The notes below the pieces were generated by a model. It saw only the letters and a list, made by a program, of their open reading frames with translations. It made no database searches and was not told the DNA's origin. DNA of 64,000 nucleotides, taken from contig JAITVV010000006.1 in NCBI GenBank assembly GCA_031285625.1, forward strand, positions 36,963-100,962, written 5' to 3'. Shown here in pieces: positions 38,198 through 48,056 of this stretch. Each line of letters opens with the position of its first letter. Position 1 is the stretch's first letter. This DNA comes from Prevotella sp. GTDB taxonomy: Bacteria; Bacteroidota; Bacteroidia; Bacteroidales; Dysgonomonadaceae. The position numbers were made by a program, and so were the translations under genes.

Positions 38198-39388
38198 ATG
38201 GATCGTAAACAATTTATTTCCCGATTAGGTACAATAGGCGCTGCAGCAGTTGCTGCTCCTATTATTGGTACATCATCATTAGAGGCTGCAGTATCATCCA
38301 CAAATAATACAACTCTTTCATCAAATAAAATCCGTGTAGGTGTTATTGGATGTGGTAGCGTATCAGGCATGTATTTGCCACATTTAACCAAATGTCCGTA
38401 TGCCGAGGTTGTAAGTGTATGCGATATTATACCACAAAAAGCGCAGGATGCTGCAAAAAAATACAATGTAAAAAACTGGTATCCTCACATAGATAAAATG
38501 CTGGCTGGTGTGCCTTTCGATCTGCTTGTAAATCTTACCGATATGCAGGAACATGGTCGGTTGAATCGTCTGGCCCTGATGAAGAAGGTTAATGTGTGGA
38601 GCGAGAAACCTATGGCAAATACCTATGATGAAGGTCGCGAATTGTACGAACTGGCTAAAGTTCAAGGAGTACGTATATGGGGTGCACCGGCAATTGTAAA
38701 TAGCCCTCAGTTTGCTTTTATGGCAAAACAAATCAATGAAGGCAATCTGGGACGCATTGCAGCAGCGCATGCTCATTATGGACATCAGGGGCCTAATTGG
38801 TCTGCATTTTTCTTCGAAGAGGGAGGAGGCAGCTTGCCGGATTTGGGTGTATACAACATATCTACATTGACCGGTTTATTCGGGCCGGCTAAATCTATTG
38901 TAGCCATGACTAATGTGGTAGATCCTACACGCAATACAGGAAATAAAGGACATATACAGGTCGTGGCCGAAGATAATGCTATGATTATTATGGAACATCA
39001 GAATAATATACTTTCTCATATTCAATGCGGGTTCAACTATTTTGATCCGTATGGCCATGAAGGTACGGGACAGGAACGTCCTACAATATCTGTTGTAGGT
39101 TCTACCGGAAATATGCACATGATTGGTTACGATTGGAAACCATTCGGTGTAGATATGGCTACGATGGCAAATGAGAAAACTCAACGTTTTGCTACTGATC
39201 CAGGTACATTCCTATGGGAAGAAGGGGCTTCTGCAATATGTGAATCCATGGTTACCGGAAAGGAATCTTTGATCAATGCAGAACATGCATTACATGTATT
39301 GGAAATTATTGAAGCAGCGCGTCTGTCGCAAAAAGAAGGTAAAAGAGTTTCGTTAAGATCTTCTTTCAAATGGCCGGTTGTGATATAG
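38198..39388 (+). CDS. Gfo/Idh/MocA oxidoreductase with Tat-like leader
   Basis: DRKQFI leader; VIGCGSVS, WSEKPMA, GGGSLPDLGVY, HVLEIIEAA. Confidence 0.88.
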   Translation: MDRKQFISRLGTIGAAAVAAPIIGTSSLEAAVSSTNNTTLSSNKIRVGVIGCGSVSGMYLPHLTKCPYAEVVSVCDIIPQKAQDAAKKYNVKNWYPHIDKMLAGVPFDLLVNLTDMQEHGRLNRLALMKKVNVWSEKPMANTYDEGRELYELAKVQGVRIWGAPAIVNSPQFAFMAKQINEGNLGRIAAAHAHYGHQGPNWSAFFFEEGGGSLPDLGVYNISTLTGLFGPAKSIVAMTNVVDPTRNTGNKGHIQVVAEDNAMIIMEHQNNILSHIQCGFNYFDPYGHEGTGQERPTISVVGSTGNMHMIGYDWKPFGVDMATMANEKTQRFATDPGTFLWEEGASAICESMVTGKESLINAEHALHVLEIIEAARLSQKEGKRVSLRSSFKWPVVI

Positions 39389-39422
39389 TGCACTAATATA
39401 TAAATATATAACTATTTTTTGT

Positions 39423-39722
39423 TTGTTATTGTGGTGGTACATCTTTGGGGCCAGAAGTCCAATATTACCAGTCTGATCCCAAGATGGCCCACAATGACAA
39501 TAAGGGAAAAGATAAGAAGGGTAGATCTAAATAAGGATGAGAACGATTGTAGCCAAATAATGTAAAAAGGTTGGTTTAATGAGTAGAATTATTGGTAGAG
39601 ATAACTTATCTCTGTTAGGCTTCAATCAGGATATTCTCATCTCAAGGTCTTGAGTTGGAATCTAAAGTAGAAACTTCGGCTAGAGTAGCAGCTACTGGAG
39701 TTTCTACTGGATTCTTGCCAAC
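39423..39722 (+). other. Highly structured intergenic element (candidate ncRNA or element remnant)
   Basis: Three long stems (39423-39500; 39536-39554 with 39618-39641; 39654-39722); mismatches in the two outer hairpin helices are G-U compatible on the + strand. Confidence 0.4.
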
Positions 39723-39758
39723 ATTTATTTAGGTTGATAAATAAAACCGAATGCTTTC

Positions 39759-39766
39759 TATATTTG
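39759..39766 (+). promoter_or_regulatory. Bacteroidetes -7 promoter box for the DUF1080 operon
   Basis: TATATTTG about 50 nt upstream of ATG 39816. Confidence 0.5.
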
Positions 39767-39815
39767 TTAGAAAAGGATGAAATGTAGTATATAAATAAAT
39801 CGAAATAAAAGAGTT

Positions 39816-40610
39816 ATGAAAAAGATTTCTTATTTCTTATTAACTTCTGCCGCTATGTTACTATTTGCGTGTGGGGGTAAAAAAGCAGAACAATCTTCTT
39901 CTGAAGGAGAAAAAAATGCAGACCCGATGGTCTTGTATGGAGAAATAGACCGTACATCAGTACCAAATACTATTACTGAAGCCGAAAAGTCGAAAGGATG
40001 GCAATTGCTGTTTGACGGGACAACAGCCAATGGCTGGCATGGCTATAATCTGAAAGGGGTTCCGGATTGCTGGGCTATAGAAGATGGGGCTTTAACAATG
40101 AAAAGTGTAGGTGCTCAGGAAGAAGAGCAAGATCTTCTTACAAACAAGGAATACAAAAAATTTGCACTATCTTTAGAATATAAGATGACAAAAGGAGCAA
40201 ACAGTGGTATTGTATTCCAAATAAAAGAAGATCCTAAATATAGATTTGCATACGAAACAGGACCTGAATTTCAGGTTATTGATCACGAAAACTGGCATGA
40301 AAAACTGGAAGACTGGCAGATAAACGGAGGAAATTATGCTATGTATCCGCCAATCGCAAAACCTTATAAAGCTATAGGTGAATGGAACCAGCTGATGTTG
40401 GTTGTAAATGGTAATGATGTAACTCAGATTTTGAATGGGGAGGTAACGGTTAAGTATACAAAATATTCAGATGAATGGACAAAACTCCGCAATAGTGGGA
40501 AATGGTCTGCTTTTCCTGATTATGGAAAATATGATGAGGGTTATATCTCGCTACAGAACCATGGTACAAAAGTTTGGTACAGAAATATTATGATTAAAGA
40601 ACTAAAATAA
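39816..40610 (+). CDS. DUF1080 (3-keto-disaccharide hydrolase/lyase family) lipoprotein
   Basis: Lipobox LFAC; LLFDG..GW, ANSGIVF, GPEFQVID, GYISLQNHG..YRNIMIKEL. Confidence 0.9.
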   Translation: MKKISYFLLTSAAMLLFACGGKKAEQSSSEGEKNADPMVLYGEIDRTSVPNTITEAEKSKGWQLLFDGTTANGWHGYNLKGVPDCWAIEDGALTMKSVGAQEEEQDLLTNKEYKKFALSLEYKMTKGANSGIVFQIKEDPKYRFAYETGPEFQVIDHENWHEKLEDWQINGGNYAMYPPIAKPYKAIGEWNQLMLVVNGNDVTQILNGEVTVKYTKYSDEWTKLRNSGKWSAFPDYGKYDEGYISLQNHGTKVWYRNIMIKELK

Positions 40611-40618
40611 TTTATCAT

Positions 40619-42097
40619 ATGACTACTCGTAGAAATTTTCTAAAAAAATCTGCAATAGCTGCTGCAGGTTTATATATATTCCCGTCCAATGTTATCAGCG
40701 GATTGGGACATAAAGCCCCAAGTGATAAACTAAACATTGTCGGTGTTGGTATCGGAGGTAAAGGACACCCTAACCTAGTAGGTATGAATACTGAAAATAT
40801 TATTGGGCTTTGTGATGTGGATTGGGCCTATGCAAAGAGTTGCTTTAATGAGTTTCCTAAAGCAAAGCGATACAAAGACTGGCGCAAGATGTTTGATGAA
40901 CTTGGAAAAGAAATAGATGGAGTAATGGTGTCTACGCCGGACCATACACATGCTATAATAGCAGCAACCGCATTGACAATGGGTAAACATGTATATTGTC
41001 AGAAACCTTTGACACATTCTATATACGAAAGCCGTTTGCTGACACGCCTGGCTGCCAAGTATAAAGTAGCTACACAAATGGGTAATCAGGGTAATTCAGG
41101 AGATGGTGTACGCCAGGTTTGCGAATGGATATGGAATGGTGAAATAGGTGAAATACGCGAAGTGCATGCATGGACAGACCGTCCGATATGGCCTCAGGGA
41201 CTACAACGCCCTAAAGAAGTGGTAAAAGTACCATCGACGTTAGACTGGGATAATTTTATCGGGCCTGCTTCGTTTCGTCCTTATAACCCTGTATACACCC
41301 CTTGGAACTGGCGCGGATGGTGGGATTTCGGAACAGGTGCTTTTGGAGATATGGCTTGTCATGTACTCGATCCTATCTATCAGGCATTAAAACTTGGGTA
41401 TCCTACTAAAGTGCAAGGTAGCTCATCCTTAATTAATACAGAATCTCCACCTCAAAGCGAGAAGGTAGAATTTACATTCCCGGCACGGGATAATATGCCA
41501 AAAGTAGCCATGCCGGAGGTGAAGATATATTGGTATGATGGCGGATTATTCCCTAATCGTCCCGATCTTCTTCCTGATGGAACAGATCTTATGCGTGATG
41601 GCCTTGGTGGATGTATTTTTGTTGGTTCTAAAGATACTATGATCACCGACTGTGGTGGATTCAATCCTCGCCTGTTGTCTGGTCGTGTTCCGAATGTACC
41701 TCAGACTCTGCGCCGGGTGCCTGGTGCAACAGGTTATACTGATGGCTATCATGAGCAGGACTGGATAAGGGCATGTAAGGAATCTCCTGAAAACAGAGTG
41801 GAGACAACCAGTAATTTCGCATATTCAGGACCATTCAATGAAATGGTTTTGCTCGGAGTCCTTGCTATACGTATGCAGAGCCTGAATAAAATTCTGAGAT
41901 GGGATGGCGATAATATGAAATTTACAAATATAGGAGCAAATGAAGAATTGAGAGTCGTTTCTAAAGACGCTTTCTGGGTTAAAGACGGACACCCTCATTT
42001 CGAACGGGAATATACAACATCGAACGCCCAGGCATCTGTTGCTGAATATATAAAACACACATACAGAAGTGGCTGGTCTTTACCTGCAATGCCTTAA
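40619..42097 (+). CDS. Tat-exported Gfo/Idh/MocA oxidoreductase (glycoside 3-dehydrogenase-like)
   Basis: TRRNFLK Tat motif; APSDKLNI, STPDHTH, YCQKPL, WRGWWDFGTGAFGDMACH; paralogue of 21058. Confidence 0.9.
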   Translation: MTTRRNFLKKSAIAAAGLYIFPSNVISGLGHKAPSDKLNIVGVGIGGKGHPNLVGMNTENIIGLCDVDWAYAKSCFNEFPKAKRYKDWRKMFDELGKEIDGVMVSTPDHTHAIIAATALTMGKHVYCQKPLTHSIYESRLLTRLAAKYKVATQMGNQGNSGDGVRQVCEWIWNGEIGEIREVHAWTDRPIWPQGLQRPKEVVKVPSTLDWDNFIGPASFRPYNPVYTPWNWRGWWDFGTGAFGDMACHVLDPIYQALKLGYPTKVQGSSSLINTESPPQSEKVEFTFPARDNMPKVAMPEVKIYWYDGGLFPNRPDLLPDGTDLMRDGLGGCIFVGSKDTMITDCGGFNPRLLSGRVPNVPQTLRRVPGATGYTDGYHEQDWIRACKESPENRVETTSNFAYSGPFNEMVLLGVLAIRMQSLNKILRWDGDNMKFTNIGANEELRVVSKDAFWVKDGHPHFEREYTTSNAQASVAEYIKHTYRSGWSLPAMP

Positions 42098-42107
42098 AGG
42101 TGTATTC

Positions 42108-42145
42108 AAGGGGAGTGCGTACGGGGTTTTAAGCACTCCCTTTAT
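42108..42145 (+). terminator. Stem-loop after the oxidoreductase
   Basis: AAGGGGAGTGC-N14-GCACTCCCTTT. Confidence 0.55.
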
Positions 42146-42177
42146 CCATTGATTGTTCATCCTTAATCTTATAGAAT

Positions 42178-42993
42178 ATGAAATACATTAAGTTATTGAT
42201 ATTACCTTTTATCCTATGTCTTATTGCATGCACTGGCGAGCCAGAGAAGCCTGATTGGAAATTAGGAATGCAAACATATACTTTCCACAAATTCACATTA
42301 ATGGAAACCCTTGATAAATCGAAAGATCTCGGTATCCACTATGCTGAAGCCTTCTTTTTCCAGTCGCTGGGAACTAATTTCGCCGATTCTGCATATCTCA
42401 ATTATGATATATCCGAAGATGTGAAGAAGCAGTTGAAAGAAGAGTTTGCTAAACGGGATATTACTTTATACGCATTTGGTGTAGCATTCTATGATACTAC
42501 CGATGAGTGGGAGCATTTCTTTAGCTTCGCTAAGGATATGGGTATCCATATTGTAACGTGCGAACCAAAACTCGAACATCTTGATTTTGTAGAACAACTA
42601 GCCTTGAAATATAATATACAAGTAGCTATACATAACCATCCTGATCCATCTGTATATGCAGATCCCAAAGTATTAGAGAAAGCACTTGAAGGCCGCAATC
42701 AAATAATGGGTGTATGTGCCGATATTGGACATTGGAAAAGGACAGGTAACGATCCTATAGCGACTCTTAAGAAGTTTGAAGGCCGGATAAAAGTAGTGCA
42801 TATCAAGGATTTGAGTGAAAAGCTGGAAGATACAACCTGGGGTACCGGAATTCTGCAAGTGAAAGAGGTCTTGGCTGAATTGAAAAGACAAAAATTTGAT
42901 GGACTTGTATCTATTGAATATGAAAACTTCGGAGATTCGCAACTTGATGATATAAAGAAAAGTTTGGAATATTATAACCTGAATCTAAAGTAA
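42178..42993 (+). CDS. Sugar phosphate isomerase/epimerase (xylose-isomerase-like TIM barrel) lipoprotein
   Basis: Lipobox LIAC; AIHNH, CADIGHW, VHIKD, SIEYE metal motifs. Confidence 0.87.
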   Translation: MKYIKLLILPFILCLIACTGEPEKPDWKLGMQTYTFHKFTLMETLDKSKDLGIHYAEAFFFQSLGTNFADSAYLNYDISEDVKKQLKEEFAKRDITLYAFGVAFYDTTDEWEHFFSFAKDMGIHIVTCEPKLEHLDFVEQLALKYNIQVAIHNHPDPSVYADPKVLEKALEGRNQIMGVCADIGHWKRTGNDPIATLKKFEGRIKVVHIKDLSEKLEDTTWGTGILQVKEVLAELKRQKFDGLVSIEYENFGDSQLDDIKKSLEYYNLNLK

Positions 42994-42999
42994 TTTAAA

Positions 43000-44982
43000 A
43001 TGAAACAAAAAAGACTTATATACTGGGGATTCTTTATATACAGTCTGATATGTTCGGTCGGATTTGCCCAGCCGAACATAAATCTTTTGTCTCCAAATGG
43101 AAATTTACAGTTTAAGTTCCAGTTGAAGAAAGGGATGCCTGTATATGAAATCTTGTTCAAAAAGCAACTGTTGATTGAAAATTCTGCTATTGGTTTTGAG
43201 TTTGATAATGGTTCCTTTGGGAAAAATCTCAAAATGAATAAACCGGAGTATAAAACCGGAAATGAAACCTATAAATTGATCATAGGTAAAACAAAGGAAG
43301 TACATAGCTATTATAAAGAGGTTATTATACCTTTAGAAGAAAAGAGAAAATCTCCGCGAATCGTAAATCTGGTTGTAAGGGCATTTGATGATGGAATTGC
43401 TTTCCGGTATGAATTTCCTGAACAAGACGGATGGAGATCATATACAATGTATGATGAATTAGACGAATTCAGGCTGGTTGGAAATCCCAAGGCTACAGTA
43501 TTGTTCCTTCCTTCATATACATCATCCCATGAAGGTCTGTACACAAAATCTGATTATCAGGAGCTGAAAGAAAGCGAATTAATGGATATGCCAGTATTGT
43601 TTCAGTTTCCCAATAATGTAAATATGGCTATAACAGAGGCTGCTGTGAGAGACTATGCCGGAATGTATCTGATGAAGGAAAATGGAATATTGAAGAGTAA
43701 ATTATCACCGTCATTAAAAGATTCAAGAATAAAGGTTGAAGCCCAACTTCCCCATAAATCACCTTGGAGGGTATTTATGATTAGTGATAGAATAGGAACC
43801 CTTATCGAATCCAATATACTAACCAATTTGAACGAGCCATGTAAAATTGAAGATATTTCATGGATAAAGCCGGGTAAAACTACCTTCACATGGTGGAATG
43901 GAAATATGGTACCTGATACAACATTTATGCCTGGAAATAATTTTGAAACAAATAAATATTATATTGATTTTGCTGCTCGTAACAGACTCGATTATCATTC
44001 TATATATGGATTTGCCGAAACACCATGGTATACAGACAATGGTTTCGATTTTGGTAATCCGGGTACTTATTTTGATATAACCAAGCCAATCGCGAGCCTA
44101 GATATGAAATATATCTGTGATTATGCTAAAAGTAAGGGGGTTGGGATACATGTGTGGCTCAACTGGAAAGCCTTATATCCTAAGATAGATGAAGCTTTTG
44201 TGAAATTTCAGGAATGGGGTATATCCGGAATGATGGTTGATTTTATGGATAGGGATGATCAGGAAATGATAAGGATACAGGAAGAAATATTGCTGAAAGC
44301 AGCTAAACATCACTTGTTTATCCAGTTTCATGGATCCAGCAAACCTTCGGGGCTTCATCGCACCTACCCAAATGAATTTATAAGGGAAGGAACCCTTAAT
44401 TATGAAGTATATAAATGGAATAATGATATTAATGCCGATCATGATATTTCAATGCCTTTTACCCGCTTGCTAGCAGGAGCAGCAGACTATCATTTAGGTG
44501 GATTCAGAGCCCTTTCGCGCTCCAAATTCAGACCGCAATTCTCTAATCCTTATGTAACCAGTACCCGGTGTCACATGCTGGGAATGTATGTTGTACTGGA
44601 GAGTTATCTGGGAATGGTTTGTGATACACCTCCGGCATATGAGGGCCAACCTGGATTTGAATTCATACAACAATTGCCAAATACTTGGCACGAAACAGTG
44701 GTTACTGATGCTGTAATCAATGAATATGTTGTTATTGCCCGAAGGAATGGTACAGACTGGTTTGTGGGAGCAATAAATAACAGTACAGAAAGAACATTGG
44801 CTATCCCTTTAAATTTCTTGGGTGATGGAGACTATGTTGCGGAAATTTATACTGATAGTGAAAAAGCTGATGAAAATCCAAACCTCATTGAGAAACAATC
44901 AAGAATAGTCACAAAAAAACAGACAATAGAAATTAAGATGGCTTCGGATGGAGGGTTTGTTTCTAAAATCGCAAGAAAGTAA
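43000..44982 (+). CDS. GH97 alpha-glycosidase (retaining subgroup signature)
   Basis: RAFDDGIAFRY, SPWRV, WIKPGK..WW, MVDFMDRDDQ, FHGS.KP.G..RTYPN, VIARR. Confidence 0.9.
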   Translation: MKQKRLIYWGFFIYSLICSVGFAQPNINLLSPNGNLQFKFQLKKGMPVYEILFKKQLLIENSAIGFEFDNGSFGKNLKMNKPEYKTGNETYKLIIGKTKEVHSYYKEVIIPLEEKRKSPRIVNLVVRAFDDGIAFRYEFPEQDGWRSYTMYDELDEFRLVGNPKATVLFLPSYTSSHEGLYTKSDYQELKESELMDMPVLFQFPNNVNMAITEAAVRDYAGMYLMKENGILKSKLSPSLKDSRIKVEAQLPHKSPWRVFMISDRIGTLIESNILTNLNEPCKIEDISWIKPGKTTFTWWNGNMVPDTTFMPGNNFETNKYYIDFAARNRLDYHSIYGFAETPWYTDNGFDFGNPGTYFDITKPIASLDMKYICDYAKSKGVGIHVWLNWKALYPKIDEAFVKFQEWGISGMMVDFMDRDDQEMIRIQEEILLKAAKHHLFIQFHGSSKPSGLHRTYPNEFIREGTLNYEVYKWNNDINADHDISMPFTRLLAGAADYHLGGFRALSRSKFRPQFSNPYVTSTRCHMLGMYVVLESYLGMVCDTPPAYEGQPGFEFIQQLPNTWHETVVTDAVINEYVVIARRNGTDWFVGAINNSTERTLAIPLNFLGDGDYVAEIYTDSEKADENPNLIEKQSRIVTKKQTIEIKMASDGGFVSKIARK

Positions 44983-45006
44983 ATTGCAAATACATATTAT
45001 CACCTA

Positions 45007-45047
45007 TGATTTGGTATATTCTGCATTTGCCAGAATATACCAAATCA
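45007..45047 (+). terminator. Terminator/stem-loop after GH97
   Basis: Perfect 17-bp inverted repeat TGATTTGGTATATTCTG-N7-CAGAATATACCAAATCA. Confidence 0.8.
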
Positions 45048-45236
45048 ATTACCTACCTTATATACAAGTCTATTTTATAAACTAAATATATATTATTTTT
45101 GTTGAAGTTTTATTGATTGATGTATCAATTTTAAACTTCATGAAAGTTTACAGTATTATTCTACAAAATTCTGTGGAAATGTACGCAATGTGAACCTGAC
45201 TTGTAGTATTTCTAACTATCAAATTAGTGTAATAAA

Positions 45237-48056
45237 ATGCGTAAAAACGATAAGATCTTAATAACAGTCTTACTACTCATATTTACTATTAATGTTTTTC
45301 CTATCAACAAACCACATATCATTAATATATATAGGGAAAAATATCATGCTGCTAATAAAAACTGGGCTATAGGGCAAGATGAGAATGGAACAATGTATTT
45401 TGGGAATGATGTTGGGTTGCTTGAATATGATGGAATAGAGTGGAAACTGAGTCAGCTTCCTAAATCCAGGCTGGTACGATCACTGGCTGTTTTGTCTGAT
45501 AAAACAGTTTTTACAGGAGGATATGAAGAATTTGGACGATGGGATAGAGGTATAAGCGGTCAGCTTAAATACACGTCATTAAGTGATGGACTGAATAAGT
45601 CTGTCTTGAAAAATAATGATTTTTGGAAAATATGGGTTGTAAAGGATAAGGTCTACTTTCAGTCATTTACATCTATTTTTGTATATGATCAGGATGGACT
45701 AAGACAAATATCTCCCGGAGACAGTTTCCTTTTTCTCGCTAAAGTAGGGGAACAACTCATCGTACAGAAAATGGGTGGTGCCTTGTATTTATTGAATGAT
45801 GAGCGTCTCGATAAAATAGAAGGAAGCGATTTTTTTAATAACACGGATGTCAGGGTTATTTTACCTTATACTAAAGGTGGCTACTTGTTAGGGACTGCAA
45901 CAAAAGGCATATATATTTATGATGGGAAATCATTCTCAGAATGGAACAAGTCCCTTTCTTCTATAACCAGTACAAAAGAGCTTAACTGTGGAATTTTAAC
46001 CTCAAGAGGCACCTATTACTTGGGTACCATTCTTGATGGAATATATGAAGTAAATGAACAAGGTGAAATTCTGAATCAGATATCTTCTGAAAACATGCTT
46101 CAGAATAATACGATACTTTCGCTTTATGAAGATAATCTGAATAATATCTGGGCTGCTCTTGACAGGGGGATAGCATATATTCAGTATATCGAAAATATGA
46201 GTTGTTTCACAGATATAGGCGGGAATACCGGAGCTGTTTATGATGCGACTATTTGGAATAATAAGTTTTTTATTGGTACAAACCAGGGTGCGTTTTATAT
46301 CGATGAAAAAGATATGTCAGCAACAAACCCCTTAAGTAATATGAAATTGATCAATGGAACTCAAGGGCAGGTCTGGTCATTCTCCATTATCGATGATAAG
46401 CTCTATTGTGGTCATAACAGGGGTATAAAAGCTATTGATAAAAATATGCAGGTCTCTGTACCATACCAATCGGCCGGGGTATATGATATTATAAAAACTA
46501 CATTTGGAAATCGGGATGTATTGCTATTGTCAACTTATGTTTCATTGGCAATATTGGATAATACTACAGGAAAATCCCATCATTTAAGTGCTATCTCTGA
46601 ACCTATTGTGAAATCGGAAATTGACCACTTAGGCAATATTTGGCTAGAGCATGCAAATAGAGGTATTTACAGGTGTCAGATTTCGGAGAACCTGGAGAAT
46701 ATTGAATATTATTCATATTATGGCGGCGATTCAAATGATGGGTTACCTTATAAAATGAAAATGTTCAAAGTAGGAGGCCGTATTGTATTATTAGGGAACG
46801 ATAAATTTTATACATATGATGATATAGCAGATAGCATAGTCCCTAATGCTATTCTCAATGAATGTTTTGTAAATATAAGAGACTTGAAACGGGTAGTCGC
46901 TATAGACAAAAACACTTTCTGGGCTTTGGCCGGATCTTCAATATATAAGTTCTCATATGATGGATATCGTGCCCAGATACTCGAAAGTTATAATCTTGGA
47001 ATGAATCTCTCTTTGGTAAATTCGTATGAAAATATCTCTGTGGTAAACGATTCGATAAGTATTGTATGTCTTGATAATGGTTATCTTCTCTATGACAAAA
47101 GCAAATATGGCGGTGATACTCACTTTAAGTTATTATCTCCTTATTTGGAATCTTTACAGATAGCAGATACTCATGGTAAATTCTCCTATATAAATTTATC
47201 CGAACCGGCTGAAATACCAAGTAAGTATAATAATGTTACTTTTTACTTTTCGGTACAGGATATGTTTGCCTCAAATTATGCTGTTCAGTATATGCTAAAG
47301 GGTGTTGATAATGAGTGGTCTACGCCACAGAGGATAAACAAGGTGTCCTATGCCCGTTTAGCTGAAGGAAGATACAGCCTGATGATACGTTCTGTTGATA
47401 ATATTGGTAATTTCTCAGATACAGTATCTTATGAATTTGAGGTACTACCTCCGTGGTATAATACCACTTGGGCATATCTGGTCTATATATTGATCTTTGT
47501 AACCATATCATATATAGTTTGGTTGTTGATTCTTCGACGATACAGAAATCTGCATCTTCAAAAGATCAGATTCAGAGAAACGAAGCGTTTACGTATCCTT
47601 GCTGATGAACTTCAAAACGAAATAGAGCAGAAAAAAGCAGAACTATTAACTCAAACCTCCTCCATTGTCCATAAAAATGAATTGCTATTAAAGATTAAAG
47701 ATATAGTAAGTGACCTGGATCTTAAAAATAAGGGCAACATATCTTCAAATCAGAAAATAAATGCTTTATTAAATAATAATCTTAATTCGGATGATGACTG
47801 GAAAATGTTTTTAATAAAGTTCGAAGAAAAGCATACCGGCTTCTTTAAACGACTTAAAGAGTTATATCCTCAGTTAACAAATACCGATCTTCGCCTTTGT
47901 GCTTGTCTGAGACTCAACCTGGAAACAAAGGAAATCGCTTCTTTAATGAACCTTTCTATCCGGACTGTCGAAAATAACCGATATAGGTTGAGAAAAAAGT
48001 TAAACATACCTTCAACTCAAAACCTTATAGAGTTTTTCCTTAGTAAAAATATATAA
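45237..48056 (+). CDS. Membrane-spanning regulator: periplasmic beta-propeller + Y_Y_Y domain + TM + LuxR-type HTH, no kinase/receiver
   Basis: NWAIGQD..GTMYFGN propeller repeats, YMLKGVDNEW..LPPWY, TM helix, LCACLRLNLETKEIASLMNLSIRTVENNRYRLRKKL. Confidence 0.88.
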   Translation: MRKNDKILITVLLLIFTINVFPINKPHIINIYREKYHAANKNWAIGQDENGTMYFGNDVGLLEYDGIEWKLSQLPKSRLVRSLAVLSDKTVFTGGYEEFGRWDRGISGQLKYTSLSDGLNKSVLKNNDFWKIWVVKDKVYFQSFTSIFVYDQDGLRQISPGDSFLFLAKVGEQLIVQKMGGALYLLNDERLDKIEGSDFFNNTDVRVILPYTKGGYLLGTATKGIYIYDGKSFSEWNKSLSSITSTKELNCGILTSRGTYYLGTILDGIYEVNEQGEILNQISSENMLQNNTILSLYEDNLNNIWAALDRGIAYIQYIENMSCFTDIGGNTGAVYDATIWNNKFFIGTNQGAFYIDEKDMSATNPLSNMKLINGTQGQVWSFSIIDDKLYCGHNRGIKAIDKNMQVSVPYQSAGVYDIIKTTFGNRDVLLLSTYVSLAILDNTTGKSHHLSAISEPIVKSEIDHLGNIWLEHANRGIYRCQISENLENIEYYSYYGGDSNDGLPYKMKMFKVGGRIVLLGNDKFYTYDDIADSIVPNAILNECFVNIRDLKRVVAIDKNTFWALAGSSIYKFSYDGYRAQILESYNLGMNLSLVNSYENISVVNDSISIVCLDNGYLLYDKSKYGGDTHFKLLSPYLESLQIADTHGKFSYINLSEPAEIPSKYNNVTFYFSVQDMFASNYAVQYMLKGVDNEWSTPQRINKVSYARLAEGRYSLMIRSVDNIGNFSDTVSYEFEVLPPWYNTTWAYLVYILIFVTISYIVWLLILRRYRNLHLQKIRFRETKRLRILADELQNEIEQKKAELLTQTSSIVHKNELLLKIKDIVSDLDLKNKGNISSNQKINALLNNNLNSDDDWKMFLIKFEEKHTGFFKRLKELYPQLTNTDLRLCACLRLNLETKEIASLMNLSIRTVENNRYRLRKKLNIPSTQNLIEFFLSKNI

